Source of the DNA: an uncultured bacterium
GTDB lineage: Bacteria > Armatimonadota > Abditibacteriia > Abditibacteriales > Abditibacteriaceae
Reading direction: 5' to 3'
DNA: 64,000 bases
Assembly (NCBI GenBank): GCA_963843795.1
Contig: CAWJLW010000006.1
Coordinates: 2,926,375-2,990,374 of the forward strand
Positions 36,299 through 45,165 of this stretch are shown here, piece after piece; position 1 is the first letter of the stretch; each line of letters opens with the position of its first letter. The translations under genes and the position numbers were made by a program. Under the pieces are notes generated by a model. It had not been told where the DNA came from and did no database searches. It was given only the letters and a program-made list of their open reading frames with translations.

Positions 36299-39154
36299 AT
36301 GCTTTTTAATCTGTCTACTGGCAAGTTTGTGTGCCGGCTCATATTCTTTTGTCTAGGGCTTTCTATTTTTACACAGCCGGCCCGCGCACAAAAATCTATG
36401 GTGGCTTCTACTTTATCGAATAGTCCCTGGCAAATCCAGTGGGAGGGGCCAACGGGCCTGACACTGAGCTATGATGGCGTGCCTCTCATCCGTCAATCAT
36501 CGTTGTATGTCGTCAAGCCTGGCTGGACGGGTCTGCTTTTCGATGGTCGCCGTCAAAAGTATGAAACGACGCGGGACAAAGGCGAGCAACCAAAACTGAC
36601 AGTGAGCGGCGACAACGAATTTTTTCGCGCCCAGTACCGTTTTGAAGTACTCGATGCCCGCCGCTTTCGCTTGCACTTCCGAGGCGAACTCAAAAGTGAT
36701 GTGCCAGCTTCTATCGAATATGCAGCAGGTTACTTCAACGCGAACCTGCTTGCCAACCGACCGTTCCGCGCATCCACAGAAGAAGGTGCCCAAAGTGGCA
36801 TTGTGCCGACCTATCCTGTAACGGGGGAACAGCTTGCCAACGATTTGGCGCCCAATTTCCGCACGCTGGAATTTGATTCACGCATCGGCAAATTGAGCGT
36901 GGAAACACGCTCCGAAACGCGGATTCTCTTTTTCGATGCGCGACGCGAAGCGCAGTCTTGGGCGCGACCTGCGCCTATTTTTTGGTGCGGCTGGTTGGCC
37001 GGAATGCAGCCGCTTAAATTCGGGCAACCCGTCGAATTGGAAATGCTTCTCACCATTGATCCGTTGCCTCTGGCACCGGGCGAGCAGGCTGCGGCGCGTC
37101 CACAGCTGCGCCGCGTGCCGGATGCTCAATCGGCGCGCAAGCGGCCACTGCAAATCATTCCGCGTCCACAAAAATTGCAAATTTCTCCCGATGCGCCCTT
37201 CCAATTGAAACGTGACACGCGCGTCTCGATTACTGTTCCACGCGGTGAAACACGGCTGACGCGCGCCGCGCAAAAGCTACTGCGCGAGGAATGGCACCTG
37301 ACTGCAATCGTACCGCGTGTGCGCGAACATGCCGACAGTTGGGCACGCATCGAGATTGGCCAACCCTCGCTGCACCCATTTGCAGACCGCGACAAAGAAC
37401 TTTGGTGGCGTCACAAGGAAGGCTATTTTTTGCGCACCACGCGCTCTGGCATCGAAATCATGGCGCCATCGCCGCAGGGTGCATTTTACGGCTTGCAAAC
37501 CCTGGCTCAACTGTTGGGAGCGGATAAGGGCGGTGCGCTGTGTCGTGCGGTTACTATCGAAGATTGGCCATCGCTATCGTTTCGTGGTGCGCACTGGTTT
37601 CCTTCAGCGTCTGGAGTGCCCTTTCACAAGAAAATGATCGAGCGCATCCTGGCGCGCACCAAATTCAACGCTTGTGTCATTCAATGCGAGGCCGCGCGCT
37701 GGGACACCAATCCGAAAATGGCGGCACCGAACTCGATTTCAAAAAGTGATTTACGCGAGCTGGTTGAGCTGTGCCGAGAGAACTTCATCGAGCCGATTCC
37801 TTTAATTAATATGCCCGGCCACGCCGAGTGGATGTTTCGCAACAAGCAGAATCTCGACTTGGCCGAAGACCCGCAAACGCCCTACGCTTATGCAGTCAAC
37901 AATCCTAAAAGTCTGGTGTTCGCTCAGCAGATTATGGGTGAAGCGCTCGAAGTTTTCCAGCCCAAGTACTTTCATCTGGGCCACGACGAAGTGACGATGC
38001 GAGGCCGCTTTCCCAATCCTGAAAACCCGTTCTACCAAGCCGATAAAAGCGCCGGCGATTTGGTGTTGGAAAATTTGAATCGCCTGCACGCATGGCTCCA
38101 AAAACGCGGCGTACAAACCATGATTTGGGGCGATATGCTACTGGCCAAAGAAGAAGGGGTCGATGCCGCGAATGCACCAGATAGTGCAGAAGCCCGGCGG
38201 CGGCGTGCCTTAGTGCCGCGCGATGTCATCGTCACCGACTGGCACTATGGCAGCAATCAAGAATATCCGAGCCTCGACATATTTAAAAAAGCTGGCTTAC
38301 AAACTATCGCCGCGACCTGGTCCACGCCGCTCAACATTCGCTTCTTCACACGCGCAGCCGTAAATAACGGCGCGCGCGGCGTGCTGCAAACCACTTGGGC
38401 CGGCTATTTTCCCGACCAAAGTACTTTGAAAAGCGAAGCCAGCCAGTTCGCGGCTTTTATTCTGGCTGGCGATTACGCATGGTCGAACCGTAATGAGCTG
38501 CCTTCGGCTTTGCCTTACGACCCTATCAGCGAATGGCCGCGCGCTGTCAACGATACGCCCTTGACTCTGTCAGAGCGTAGCGGCGCGCTTGTCGATCTGT
38601 CTATGGCCGCGCGCGTCGAGGCTCACGATTGGCTCCAGTTGGGTAGCCATTGGGATTTAAGTGATTTTTTCAACAATTCTCTTCCTGGCAGTCACCGCTA
38701 CGACGATGTCCTATTTGACGTCTCACAAAATCGGTTGATAGTGCTGGCTTCACCTTCGGCGCGCGATTTGGCACCAGCAGGTGCACTGCAACAATTCACG
38801 ATAGAAACAAAGCGGGAAGTTCGTGAAATCGCCTTTTTGAACGCGGGTTTGTGGCCCGCAGCACCGGGCACTTTGATTGCGCGCATGCTTGTCGATTACA
38901 ACGATGGGACGCAAAGTACTTTGGATTTGACGCAAAATCTCAACACTTCCGTCTGGCAAGCCGACGCCGGTGCTCCCGAAGCGCGGCGCGGCTGGACGGC
39001 ACTTCCAGACACTGCCGCTCACGATGTTCCCTTTGCCCTGCGTGTCACACGCTGGAAAAACCCGCACCCCACCAAAACTATTGCGCGCCTACGCTTTGAA
39101 GCCGTATCGCCCGAAACGGGCTGGGTATTGGCGGGCCTGACGCTGATTGATTGA
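36299..39154 (+). CDS. Secreted GH20 beta-N-acetylhexosaminidase-like protein with extra domains
   Basis: 'GAFYGLQTLAQL', 'IEDWPSLSFRGAH', 'PGHA', catalytic HLGHDEV, 'WGDM'. Confidence 0.85.
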   Translation: MLFNLSTGKFVCRLIFFCLGLSIFTQPARAQKSMVASTLSNSPWQIQWEGPTGLTLSYDGVPLIRQSSLYVVKPGWTGLLFDGRRQKYETTRDKGEQPKLTVSGDNEFFRAQYRFEVLDARRFRLHFRGELKSDVPASIEYAAGYFNANLLANRPFRASTEEGAQSGIVPTYPVTGEQLANDLAPNFRTLEFDSRIGKLSVETRSETRILFFDARREAQSWARPAPIFWCGWLAGMQPLKFGQPVELEMLLTIDPLPLAPGEQAAARPQLRRVPDAQSARKRPLQIIPRPQKLQISPDAPFQLKRDTRVSITVPRGETRLTRAAQKLLREEWHLTAIVPRVREHADSWARIEIGQPSLHPFADRDKELWWRHKEGYFLRTTRSGIEIMAPSPQGAFYGLQTLAQLLGADKGGALCRAVTIEDWPSLSFRGAHWFPSASGVPFHKKMIERILARTKFNACVIQCEAARWDTNPKMAAPNSISKSDLRELVELCRENFIEPIPLINMPGHAEWMFRNKQNLDLAEDPQTPYAYAVNNPKSLVFAQQIMGEALEVFQPKYFHLGHDEVTMRGRFPNPENPFYQADKSAGDLVLENLNRLHAWLQKRGVQTMIWGDMLLAKEEGVDAANAPDSAEARRRRALVPRDVIVTDWHYGSNQEYPSLDIFKKAGLQTIAATWSTPLNIRFFTRAAVNNGARGVLQTTWAGYFPDQSTLKSEASQFAAFILAGDYAWSNRNELPSALPYDPISEWPRAVNDTPLTLSERSGALVDLSMAARVEAHDWLQLGSHWDLSDFFNNSLPGSHRYDDVLFDVSQNRLIVLASPSARDLAPAGALQQFTIETKREVREIAFLNAGLWPAAPGTLIARMLVDYNDGTQSTLDLTQNLNTSVWQADAGAPEARRGWTALPDTAAHDVPFALRVTRWKNPHPTKTIARLRFEAVSPETGWVLAGLTLID

Positions 39155-39189
39155 GCCTTCTGAGATCGGAGAAGAGTTCAACTAGATGC

Positions 39190-39207
39190 CCTGCAAGTAC
39201 TTGCAGG
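39190..39207. repeat. 18-bp palindrome CCTGCAAGTACTTGCAGG at convergent junction
   Basis: Direct read between the GH20 stop and the comM stop. Confidence 0.85.
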
Positions 39208-39214
39208 CGCAAAA

Positions 39215-40756
39215 TCACCCGAAAAGTTTACGATCCAACGTGCGATAATTGATCGCTTCAGCGACGTGATGAAGTTGAATTTCATCGGGCGCGCTGTCTA
39301 AATCGGCGATGGTGCGCGCGACTTTGAGAATGCGGTCATAAGCGCGCGCCGACAGTGCCAATTGCGAAATCGCGTTTTTCAGTAAATCGGCTGCGCCCGG
39401 AGCCAAAAGGCACTGCTCGTGAGTTTGGCGCGGCCCCATTTGCGCGTTGCAGGTGAGGTTTTGCGATTCAAGTCGCTTGATTTGAATTTTACGCGCGCGC
39501 ACCACGCGTTCGCGCACCGCTTGCGAAGTTTCGCCGCGTTGCCGCGTCATTAATTCCTGTGGTGATAAACGCGGCACTTCCAAGTGAATATCAATGCGGT
39601 CTAAAAGCGGACCAGAAATGCGCGCCAAGTACTTGCGCACTTGCAGCGGATTGCAAGTGCAGGCGCGGCGTGCATCGCCCAAAAATCCGCACGGACACGG
39701 ATTGGCAGCAGCGATGAGTTGAAAACGCGACGGGAAAGTCAAGGATTGCGCGGCCCGCGCAATCGAAACTCGGCCATCTTCCAAAGGTTGGCGCATTACT
39801 TCCAAAACATCGCGATGAAATTCAGGCAGTTCGTCTAAAAATAAGACTCCGTGATGCGCGAGCGAAATTTCGCCGGGGCGCGGATACGAGCCACCACCTA
39901 CCAAGCCAGCGTGGCTGACTGTGTGATGCGGTGCGCGGAATGGGCGCTCGGAAAGCAAACTTTGCCCGCTTTCCAGCAGGCCAGCGACCGAATATAATTT
40001 CGTCACTTCGAGCGCTTCGGAAAGCTGCAACGGCGGCAAAATCGTCGGCAGGCGACGCGCAAGAAGCGTTTTTCCACTGCCCGGCGCGCCGATCATTAAG
40101 AGATTGTGACCGCCCGCCGCTGCGACTTCCAAAGCGCGCTTGACGCTTTCCTGTCCTTTCACATCCGCCCAATCGACCGCACCATCGTGAATTTCCCATT
40201 CACGATCGGGAATTGATGTGGGCAGTGGTTCGCGCGGTGGCTTGGAAATTAAGTCAATGGTATCGGCCAAGCTGGAAACCGGAAAAACCTGTAAGCCTTC
40301 GACAACGCTGGCTTCGTGAGCATTATCTTGCGGCACAATGAAAGAAGTTTTTCCAGCAGCGAGAGCGCCTAAGGCCATCGGCAAAACGCCGGCGATTGGG
40401 CGCACGGTGCCGTCCAAACCCAGTTCGCCCACCGCCGCAAAATTGTCCGGCGTCCATGCGCTATCGGGGCAAATTTGCTCGTCGCCCAGCAAAACACCAA
40501 GCGCAATAGGCAAGTCGAAAATCGGGCCTTGTTTTTTGATGTCGGCGGGTGCGAGATTAACCGTAATGCGGCGCAGAGGCCACGTAAAACCGCTATTCTT
40601 GGTCGCGGCACGCACGCGTTCACCGGCTTCGCGCACGGCGGCATCGGGCAAGCCCACTACGGAAAAAGCGGCGAAATTCGATGATACATCGACTTCAACG
40701 CGCACAATATAAGCATCTACGCCCAGAACGGCCAAAGCTTCAACTCGCGCCAGCAT
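39215..40756 (-). CDS. comM: YifB/ComM Mg-chelatase-like AAA+ helicase
   Basis: 'VGLPDAAVRE', 'NLAPAD', GAPGSGKT, 'PFRAPHH', 'LFLDELPEF', 'NPCPCG', 'SGPLLDRID'. Confidence 0.95.
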   Translation of the reverse strand: MLARVEALAVLGVDAYIVRVEVDVSSNFAAFSVVGLPDAAVREAGERVRAATKNSGFTWPLRRITVNLAPADIKKQGPIFDLPIALGVLLGDEQICPDSAWTPDNFAAVGELGLDGTVRPIAGVLPMALGALAAGKTSFIVPQDNAHEASVVEGLQVFPVSSLADTIDLISKPPREPLPTSIPDREWEIHDGAVDWADVKGQESVKRALEVAAAGGHNLLMIGAPGSGKTLLARRLPTILPPLQLSEALEVTKLYSVAGLLESGQSLLSERPFRAPHHTVSHAGLVGGGSYPRPGEISLAHHGVLFLDELPEFHRDVLEVMRQPLEDGRVSIARAAQSLTFPSRFQLIAAANPCPCGFLGDARRACTCNPLQVRKYLARISGPLLDRIDIHLEVPRLSPQELMTRQRGETSQAVRERVVRARKIQIKRLESQNLTCNAQMGPRQTHEQCLLAPGAADLLKNAISQLALSARAYDRILKVARTIADLDSAPDEIQLHHVAEAINYRTLDRKLFG

Positions 40757-40838
40757 TCACAGCCTCCATGCCCAATTTATCACGCTTTCTCAACGCGAAA
40801 CGGCACGTTGATTATAACGAATTGGTGCGCGCCATTGA

Positions 40839-40870
40839 AAAACGCGCCGCAAGTACTTGCGACGCGTTTT
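40839..40870 (-). terminator. Hairpin built on GCAAGTACTTGC after yraN
   Basis: AAAACGCG(C)CGCAAGT|ACTTGCG(A)CGCGTTTT; the single mismatch is G-U on the minus strand, followed by U5. Confidence 0.65.
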
Positions 40871-41348
40871 ATTCGCAGTAATCGAAAGCGTTGGTATGAA
40901 GCGCGATGCGCGGTGTGCTGCCATCGTCGCTGAGCCAGACTTCGACGACATCGAATCGGCAGGCGGCCTCTGTGGGATGATGCGAAACGTAAGCATTGGC
41001 CAAACGGCAAATCTGGCGCTGTTTGGAGAACGTGACAGCTTCCTGTGGTGCGCCGAAAGCATCGGACGAACGCGTCTTGACTTCGATGAAGCACAAAATT
41101 TCACCGCGCGAACTGTTTTGCCACGCAATGCAATCGATTTCGCCGCGCATCCCGCTGCGCTTTCCACCCTGCGCGGCCAAAGTCGGACGCCAATTGCGCT
41201 CTATAATGCGAAAACCGCGCGCTTCCAAGAAGCGCGCGGCTAAATCTTCGCCCTGTTGACCACGCTGCTTCGAACTGCGCTGCTGCGGATTAAGTTGCTG
41301 AGAATGGCGCGTTGGCGAATTTTCGGCGTGGTCGGAAGTCGTGGGCAT
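40869..41348 (-). CDS. yraN: YraN family (UPF0102) nuclease
   Basis: 'GQQGEDLAARFL', 'ERNWR', 'GEIDCIA', 'FIEVKTR', 'RFDVV'. Confidence 0.93.
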   Translation of the reverse strand: MPTTSDHAENSPTRHSQQLNPQQRSSKQRGQQGEDLAARFLEARGFRIIERNWRPTLAAQGGKRSGMRGEIDCIAWQNSSRGEILCFIEVKTRSSDAFGAPQEAVTFSKQRQICRLANAYVSHHPTEAACRFDVVEVWLSDDGSTPRIALHTNAFDYCE

Positions 41349-41377
41349 CGTCGTTGAAACTCAAATTGTCGAGCGCT

Positions 41378-42439
41378 TTAGCCACCGCCGGGCGCGCTGC
41401 TTGCCGAGGGGCTGCCGCTGGACGAGCTGCCACTGGACGAGCTGCCACTGGGCGCGGTGCTCGCCATCGGCGCACCACTTGATGAACCCGCACCACGCTC
41501 TCCGCCGGGACCAGACATTCCGCCAGGACCGCCTGGCATTCCACCACCCTCGCCGCCACCTGCGGGCGCAGCGCCCGCGGTGCTGGAAGTCATTTCTTTG
41601 GGCACTAGGTTTTGGGCGGCCTGTGCCAGCGGGCCAGAAACCGGCACGCGTTGCGCCAGCGTGATGCCAAGTCCCCACAGGCCCAGCTTCTTTTCGCGGG
41701 CGAACGCTTCGTCGTTGAGCCAATCTTTCAGGGGAAACGAAACTGGCGCGTTCAAATCGACAACAGCATAACCCAGGCGCACCAGCATACGATTGAGCAG
41801 CATTCGCTGACCGTCAAATTCGCCGCCGCGTTGTTTGTAATAAACCTGCACGATGCGCCGCGAATTGGCATTGAAATCCTGACCAAAGCGCGGCTCCTGC
41901 TCGACATCGACATCCTGGCCCAGCGTCCACTTTTGTACTTGGTTCAAAGTTTCGGCAAAGCCCGGCTGACCCGGCAACGGAGTAATAATGCCGCCCAAAC
42001 GCATCACATTGACCGTACCCGTCACATCACGCTCGACAGGAGGGGTTCCTACAGTGACTTTTTTCACCGTTTGCAAAGCCAGCAGTTCGCCCGTGTCAAC
42101 GCGGACAACGCGAAACTTATCCGGTAATTTCGGATCGTTGGGAGCATTTAAAGACGCCATTTGCTTTACGCCTTGAGTCGGATCGAAGACATCCGGCGCA
42201 GGCGTGGGAACGGGCGCTGGAGTCGGAGCCAGTGCCTGAACCTGCAAATCCTGGCAGCCGCCCGCACTGATCACCAGCGCAATGGCACCCAGCCATAACG
42301 CGCCCGACGGCACAGCACCGCGCGACAAAAGTTGTGTTGGCGCTGCTATTTTCGTCATCCACTGCATTGGTTTGTTCATTGCCTTGTTCACCACAAATCC
42401 ATTATTTTCGGTTGACCATTCGACTTTAATCGTCGGCAT
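41378..42439 (-). CDS. Thermonuclease (SNase)-like lipoprotein with degenerate active site and Gly/Ser-rich tail
   Basis: Lipobox-like VISAGG|C; 'VVRVDTGE', 'RLGGIITP', 'LNRMLVRLGYA', 'EAFAREKKLGLW'. Start uncertain (42379 or downstream). Confidence 0.7.
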   Translation of the reverse strand: MPTIKVEWSTENNGFVVNKAMNKPMQWMTKIAAPTQLLSRGAVPSGALWLGAIALVISAGGCQDLQVQALAPTPAPVPTPAPDVFDPTQGVKQMASLNAPNDPKLPDKFRVVRVDTGELLALQTVKKVTVGTPPVERDVTGTVNVMRLGGIITPLPGQPGFAETLNQVQKWTLGQDVDVEQEPRFGQDFNANSRRIVQVYYKQRGGEFDGQRMLLNRMLVRLGYAVVDLNAPVSFPLKDWLNDEAFAREKKLGLWGLGITLAQRVPVSGPLAQAAQNLVPKEMTSSTAGAAPAGGGEGGGMPGGPGGMSGPGGERGAGSSSGAPMASTAPSGSSSSGSSSSGSPSASSAPGGG

Positions 42440-42493
42440 GGGTTGCTACTTCGTACTCGATAATTCGATTTCGACAATTCGATTTCGACAATT

Positions 42494-43234
42494 CTATTCT
42501 GCCATCAATTCGCGCGAGTTACGGTACAAAAACCGTTCGCGTTGCGGCGCGGTGAGCGCGGCATCGCGGACGGCTCCCAGCGCGGTAGCCGGATGAAAGC
42601 GTCCCCAGTCCGAGGCCCACAAAATGCGACGTTCGCCGCGTTCACCCAAAGTTTCCGCCGCGTGTCCCAGAACGTCACGCTCGGAATACGCCGCGACCGG
42701 CACGATAGAAATATTCAATTGCTCGCGAATGGCGGCCACAGCATCGCCCGTCAATTCTTCGCTTTGCGGATTAATCAAAAAGCGCAGCGTATGAAATTCG
42801 CGCGCCGCTTCGATAACGGCAGTGAGGGTTTCGGGCGAAGAAACCGTGGCTAAAATTGGTTTGCCGTAACGTCGCAAGCCATTCAAAATATCGGGGCCGC
42901 CCGCCATGAGCAATGTATCGCCGTGACCGGCTTGTTCGAAACGCGCTCCAATCCAGCGCTCGGTACGAAAGTATTTGCCCGCCAGATCAATCGATAGCGC
43001 CGATTGATGAACCGACAAATTGAGCCAGCCACGAAAACGTGCTTCTTTTTTCAATTCTTCGTCCAAGCGCGCGTTGCCGCCGTCGATATCGGTCACGGCT
43101 TCGTGCGAAGTGAAACACAAGGTTTCCACGCCGTATTGGTCGGCATAACTCAGCGCATCCGCCAGCGTTGGCTGCGGCAAAGCCCGGGTTTCGGGCGACA
43201 CGCCAAAATGACACTGCAAATCAATAATAGGCAT
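42494..43234 (-). CDS. Amidohydrolase_2-like TIM-barrel protein (degenerate metal site)
   Basis: 'IIDLQCHFG', 'RRILWASDWG', 'RERFLYRNSREL'. Confidence 0.7.
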   Translation of the reverse strand: MPIIDLQCHFGVSPETRALPQPTLADALSYADQYGVETLCFTSHEAVTDIDGGNARLDEELKKEARFRGWLNLSVHQSALSIDLAGKYFRTERWIGARFEQAGHGDTLLMAGGPDILNGLRRYGKPILATVSSPETLTAVIEAAREFHTLRFLINPQSEELTGDAVAAIREQLNISIVPVAAYSERDVLGHAAETLGERGERRILWASDWGRFHPATALGAVRDAALTAPQRERFLYRNSRELMAE

Positions 43235-43354
43235 AATTTCAAGGCACGACTTCAAAGCCCGCTTTTAGCGGTGCGGCCAATAATTCACACGTTTTGCGCC
43301 CTGCAAGTACTGGCTGCAAAGTACTTGCAACCAGTATCGCAGATTCCGGCAGCT

Positions 43355-44092
43355 TTATTTGGCCAGAATGCGGCGCAGGTTTCCGCCTAGAATCGAGGCC
43401 TTATCTTCGTCCGATACCGGACTTGTCATCACCGGCCCCAGCGCCGCCGAAAGGTAGCGCAGCGGCGAATAGGACGCGAAAATCAAACGTTGTGCGCCAT
43501 CGGGCAGCGCTTGACTCAGGGTTTCCAGCGCGCGTGGCGCCGTCAGACGTGCGGTCTCAAAGTACAATTTTGGTCGCCCGCGCCCGACCGCAATCGCTTC
43601 GCCCAACAGTTCGCCGGTTACATTCGACACAATGAGCGGCGTTTCGCGTTCCGCGCTCATTTCGCCCAACACCGTAATGTCGCCCGCTTTGGCGACGCCG
43701 ACCGCGACCGGTACTTTCAATTCTTCGCAGCGCCGCAAAACTTCCTGAAAGGGCGCGAAACGCAGCGGCCAGTTCTGGCGTTCGGGAAAAAAACGGAACA
43801 AGCGAAAACCTTCACCAGCGCGCTTTTCGGCCTCGTCCAAACACGCGGGAAAGGCGCGCGGATCGAGCGTGGCCACCGGCAACAGCTGCTGCGGATGCGC
43901 GCGCGCAAGGTCGAAAGTCGCGGCGTTGCCCTGCGTATAATCGCCCCAAATGCCCGCTGCTGAAGTTACCAAGGAACGCGCGATGCCGTTTTGCTGCATC
44001 ATTGCCAGCAGCGACTCCACCGATAAATCTGCCGCGTGTTGCGGCCAGGCGCCAAACAAAGTGCAAGCATCAAAAATCGGAAAATTCGCCAT
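43355..44092 (-). CDS. Amidohydrolase_2-like TIM-barrel protein (degenerate metal site)
   Basis: 'IFDACTLFG', 'LPVATLDP', 'RLIFASYSP', 'DKASILGGNLRRIL'. Confidence 0.7.
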   Translation of the reverse strand: MANFPIFDACTLFGAWPQHAADLSVESLLAMMQQNGIARSLVTSAAGIWGDYTQGNAATFDLARAHPQQLLPVATLDPRAFPACLDEAEKRAGEGFRLFRFFPERQNWPLRFAPFQEVLRRCEELKVPVAVGVAKAGDITVLGEMSAERETPLIVSNVTGELLGEAIAVGRGRPKLYFETARLTAPRALETLSQALPDGAQRLIFASYSPLRYLSAALGPVMTSPVSDEDKASILGGNLRRILAK

Positions 44093-44359
44093 AAACAAAC
44101 CAAAACCACACCGCAAACGGAAACCACAATCTCACGTGAGGTCGACTGCGAGCACCAAACCATATCGACATTTTGAAACCGAGAAACTTGGCCCAATTAT
44201 ATACAAACAAACCATTCACGACAACGCGAAAGCCTCCGCTACACCCTGCAAGTACTTGCCGTGGGCGTCTGGCGCAAAGGTTATCGCGCACATCGTTATT
44301 TTTGGCACACGATAATGCTCACCTGCTTGTCATGCGCGATAACTCTGTTATTTCAATCC

Positions 44360-44397
44360 AAAAAGCGACCGTGCGCATGAGGCACGGTCGCTTTTTT
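44360..44397 (-). terminator. Intrinsic terminator
   Basis: AAAAAGCGACCGTGC-7nt-GCACGGTCGCTTTTT. Confidence 0.8.
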
Positions 44398-44425
44398 GAA
44401 TGTAAAATTTGAAACTTTAACGGCG

Positions 44426-44569
44426 TTATTTAGCGGCGCCGATTTTGAAAATTTTAGTGCCGCACACCGAGCAGGTGCCTTTTTGGGCTGGTCTGCCATT
44501 TTTCATGGTGACCTGTTCGACGTCTTTGGCTTCACGCTTTTCTTTACACTTAACGCAATACGCTTCCAT
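44426..44569 (-). CDS. 47-aa zinc-ribbon protein (DUF5679-like), absent from ORF track
   Basis: MEAYCVKCKEKREAKDVEQVTMKNGRPAQKGTCSVCGTKIFKIGAAK*; GAGGAG RBS at about 44579-44584; own terminator. Confidence 0.85.
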   Translation of the reverse strand: MEAYCVKCKEKREAKDVEQVTMKNGRPAQKGTCSVCGTKIFKIGAAK

Positions 44570-44786
44570 AAATTTGCTCTCCTCGACTGAATAAATTTAC
44601 AACATTGGGAGGTGGCGACGATGTCGGCACCCTTTAAGCATAACCGACTTTCGCACCTGGCGTGCAATAAAGTGGCAATTTCACGCTTGATTCGGCAAGT
44701 TCCGTGCCTGCAACTCAAAGAGATTTCCTGACATTCCACTGCAGTCAGCACTCGTCAGGATTTATTTGACGATATTTAATTGATTT

Positions 44787-45068
44787 TCATTCGATGACTT
44801 GCACGCCTTTCCAAAAAGCAGCGCGCCCTGCGAACTGTTGCGCGGCGGCTTTGGGTTCGCGGTATGTCCACACCGCGTCCACGTTAGTTTTTCCATCGAC
44901 GAGCAGCGAAAAGTAGCTGGCTTCGCCTTTCCATGGGCAGTGCGTATGCGTCTGGCTCGGTTGCAAATAATCTTGGTTGAGCGCATCGAGGGGAAAATAA
45001 TGGTTGCCCTCAACCATAACGGTGTCGTCGCTTTGCGCGATAATCGCGCCATTCCATACAGCTTTCAT
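44787..45068 (-). CDS. DUF427 domain protein
   Basis: 'VEGNHYFP', 'CPWKGEASYF', 'WTYREPK'. Confidence 0.9.
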   Translation of the reverse strand: MKAVWNGAIIAQSDDTVMVEGNHYFPLDALNQDYLQPSQTHTHCPWKGEASYFSLLVDGKTNVDAVWTYREPKAAAQQFAGRAAFWKGVQVIE

Positions 45069-45165
45069 TGCTTTTACCTCACTCGAAATATGGGTTTCGA
45101 TGGTTCTCGTTTCGAATTTCTCGGTTTCGAAGTTCTCAGTTACGATACTCCTCGACGACTTTCGA

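Noticed and set aside
41413..41450. 15-bp tandem repeat GCC(G/A)CTGGACGAGCT, and 15-bp acidic repeats in tadA (~49290-49340)
   Set aside because: In-frame low-complexity linker expansions (SSSGS; EIDDS); ordinary.
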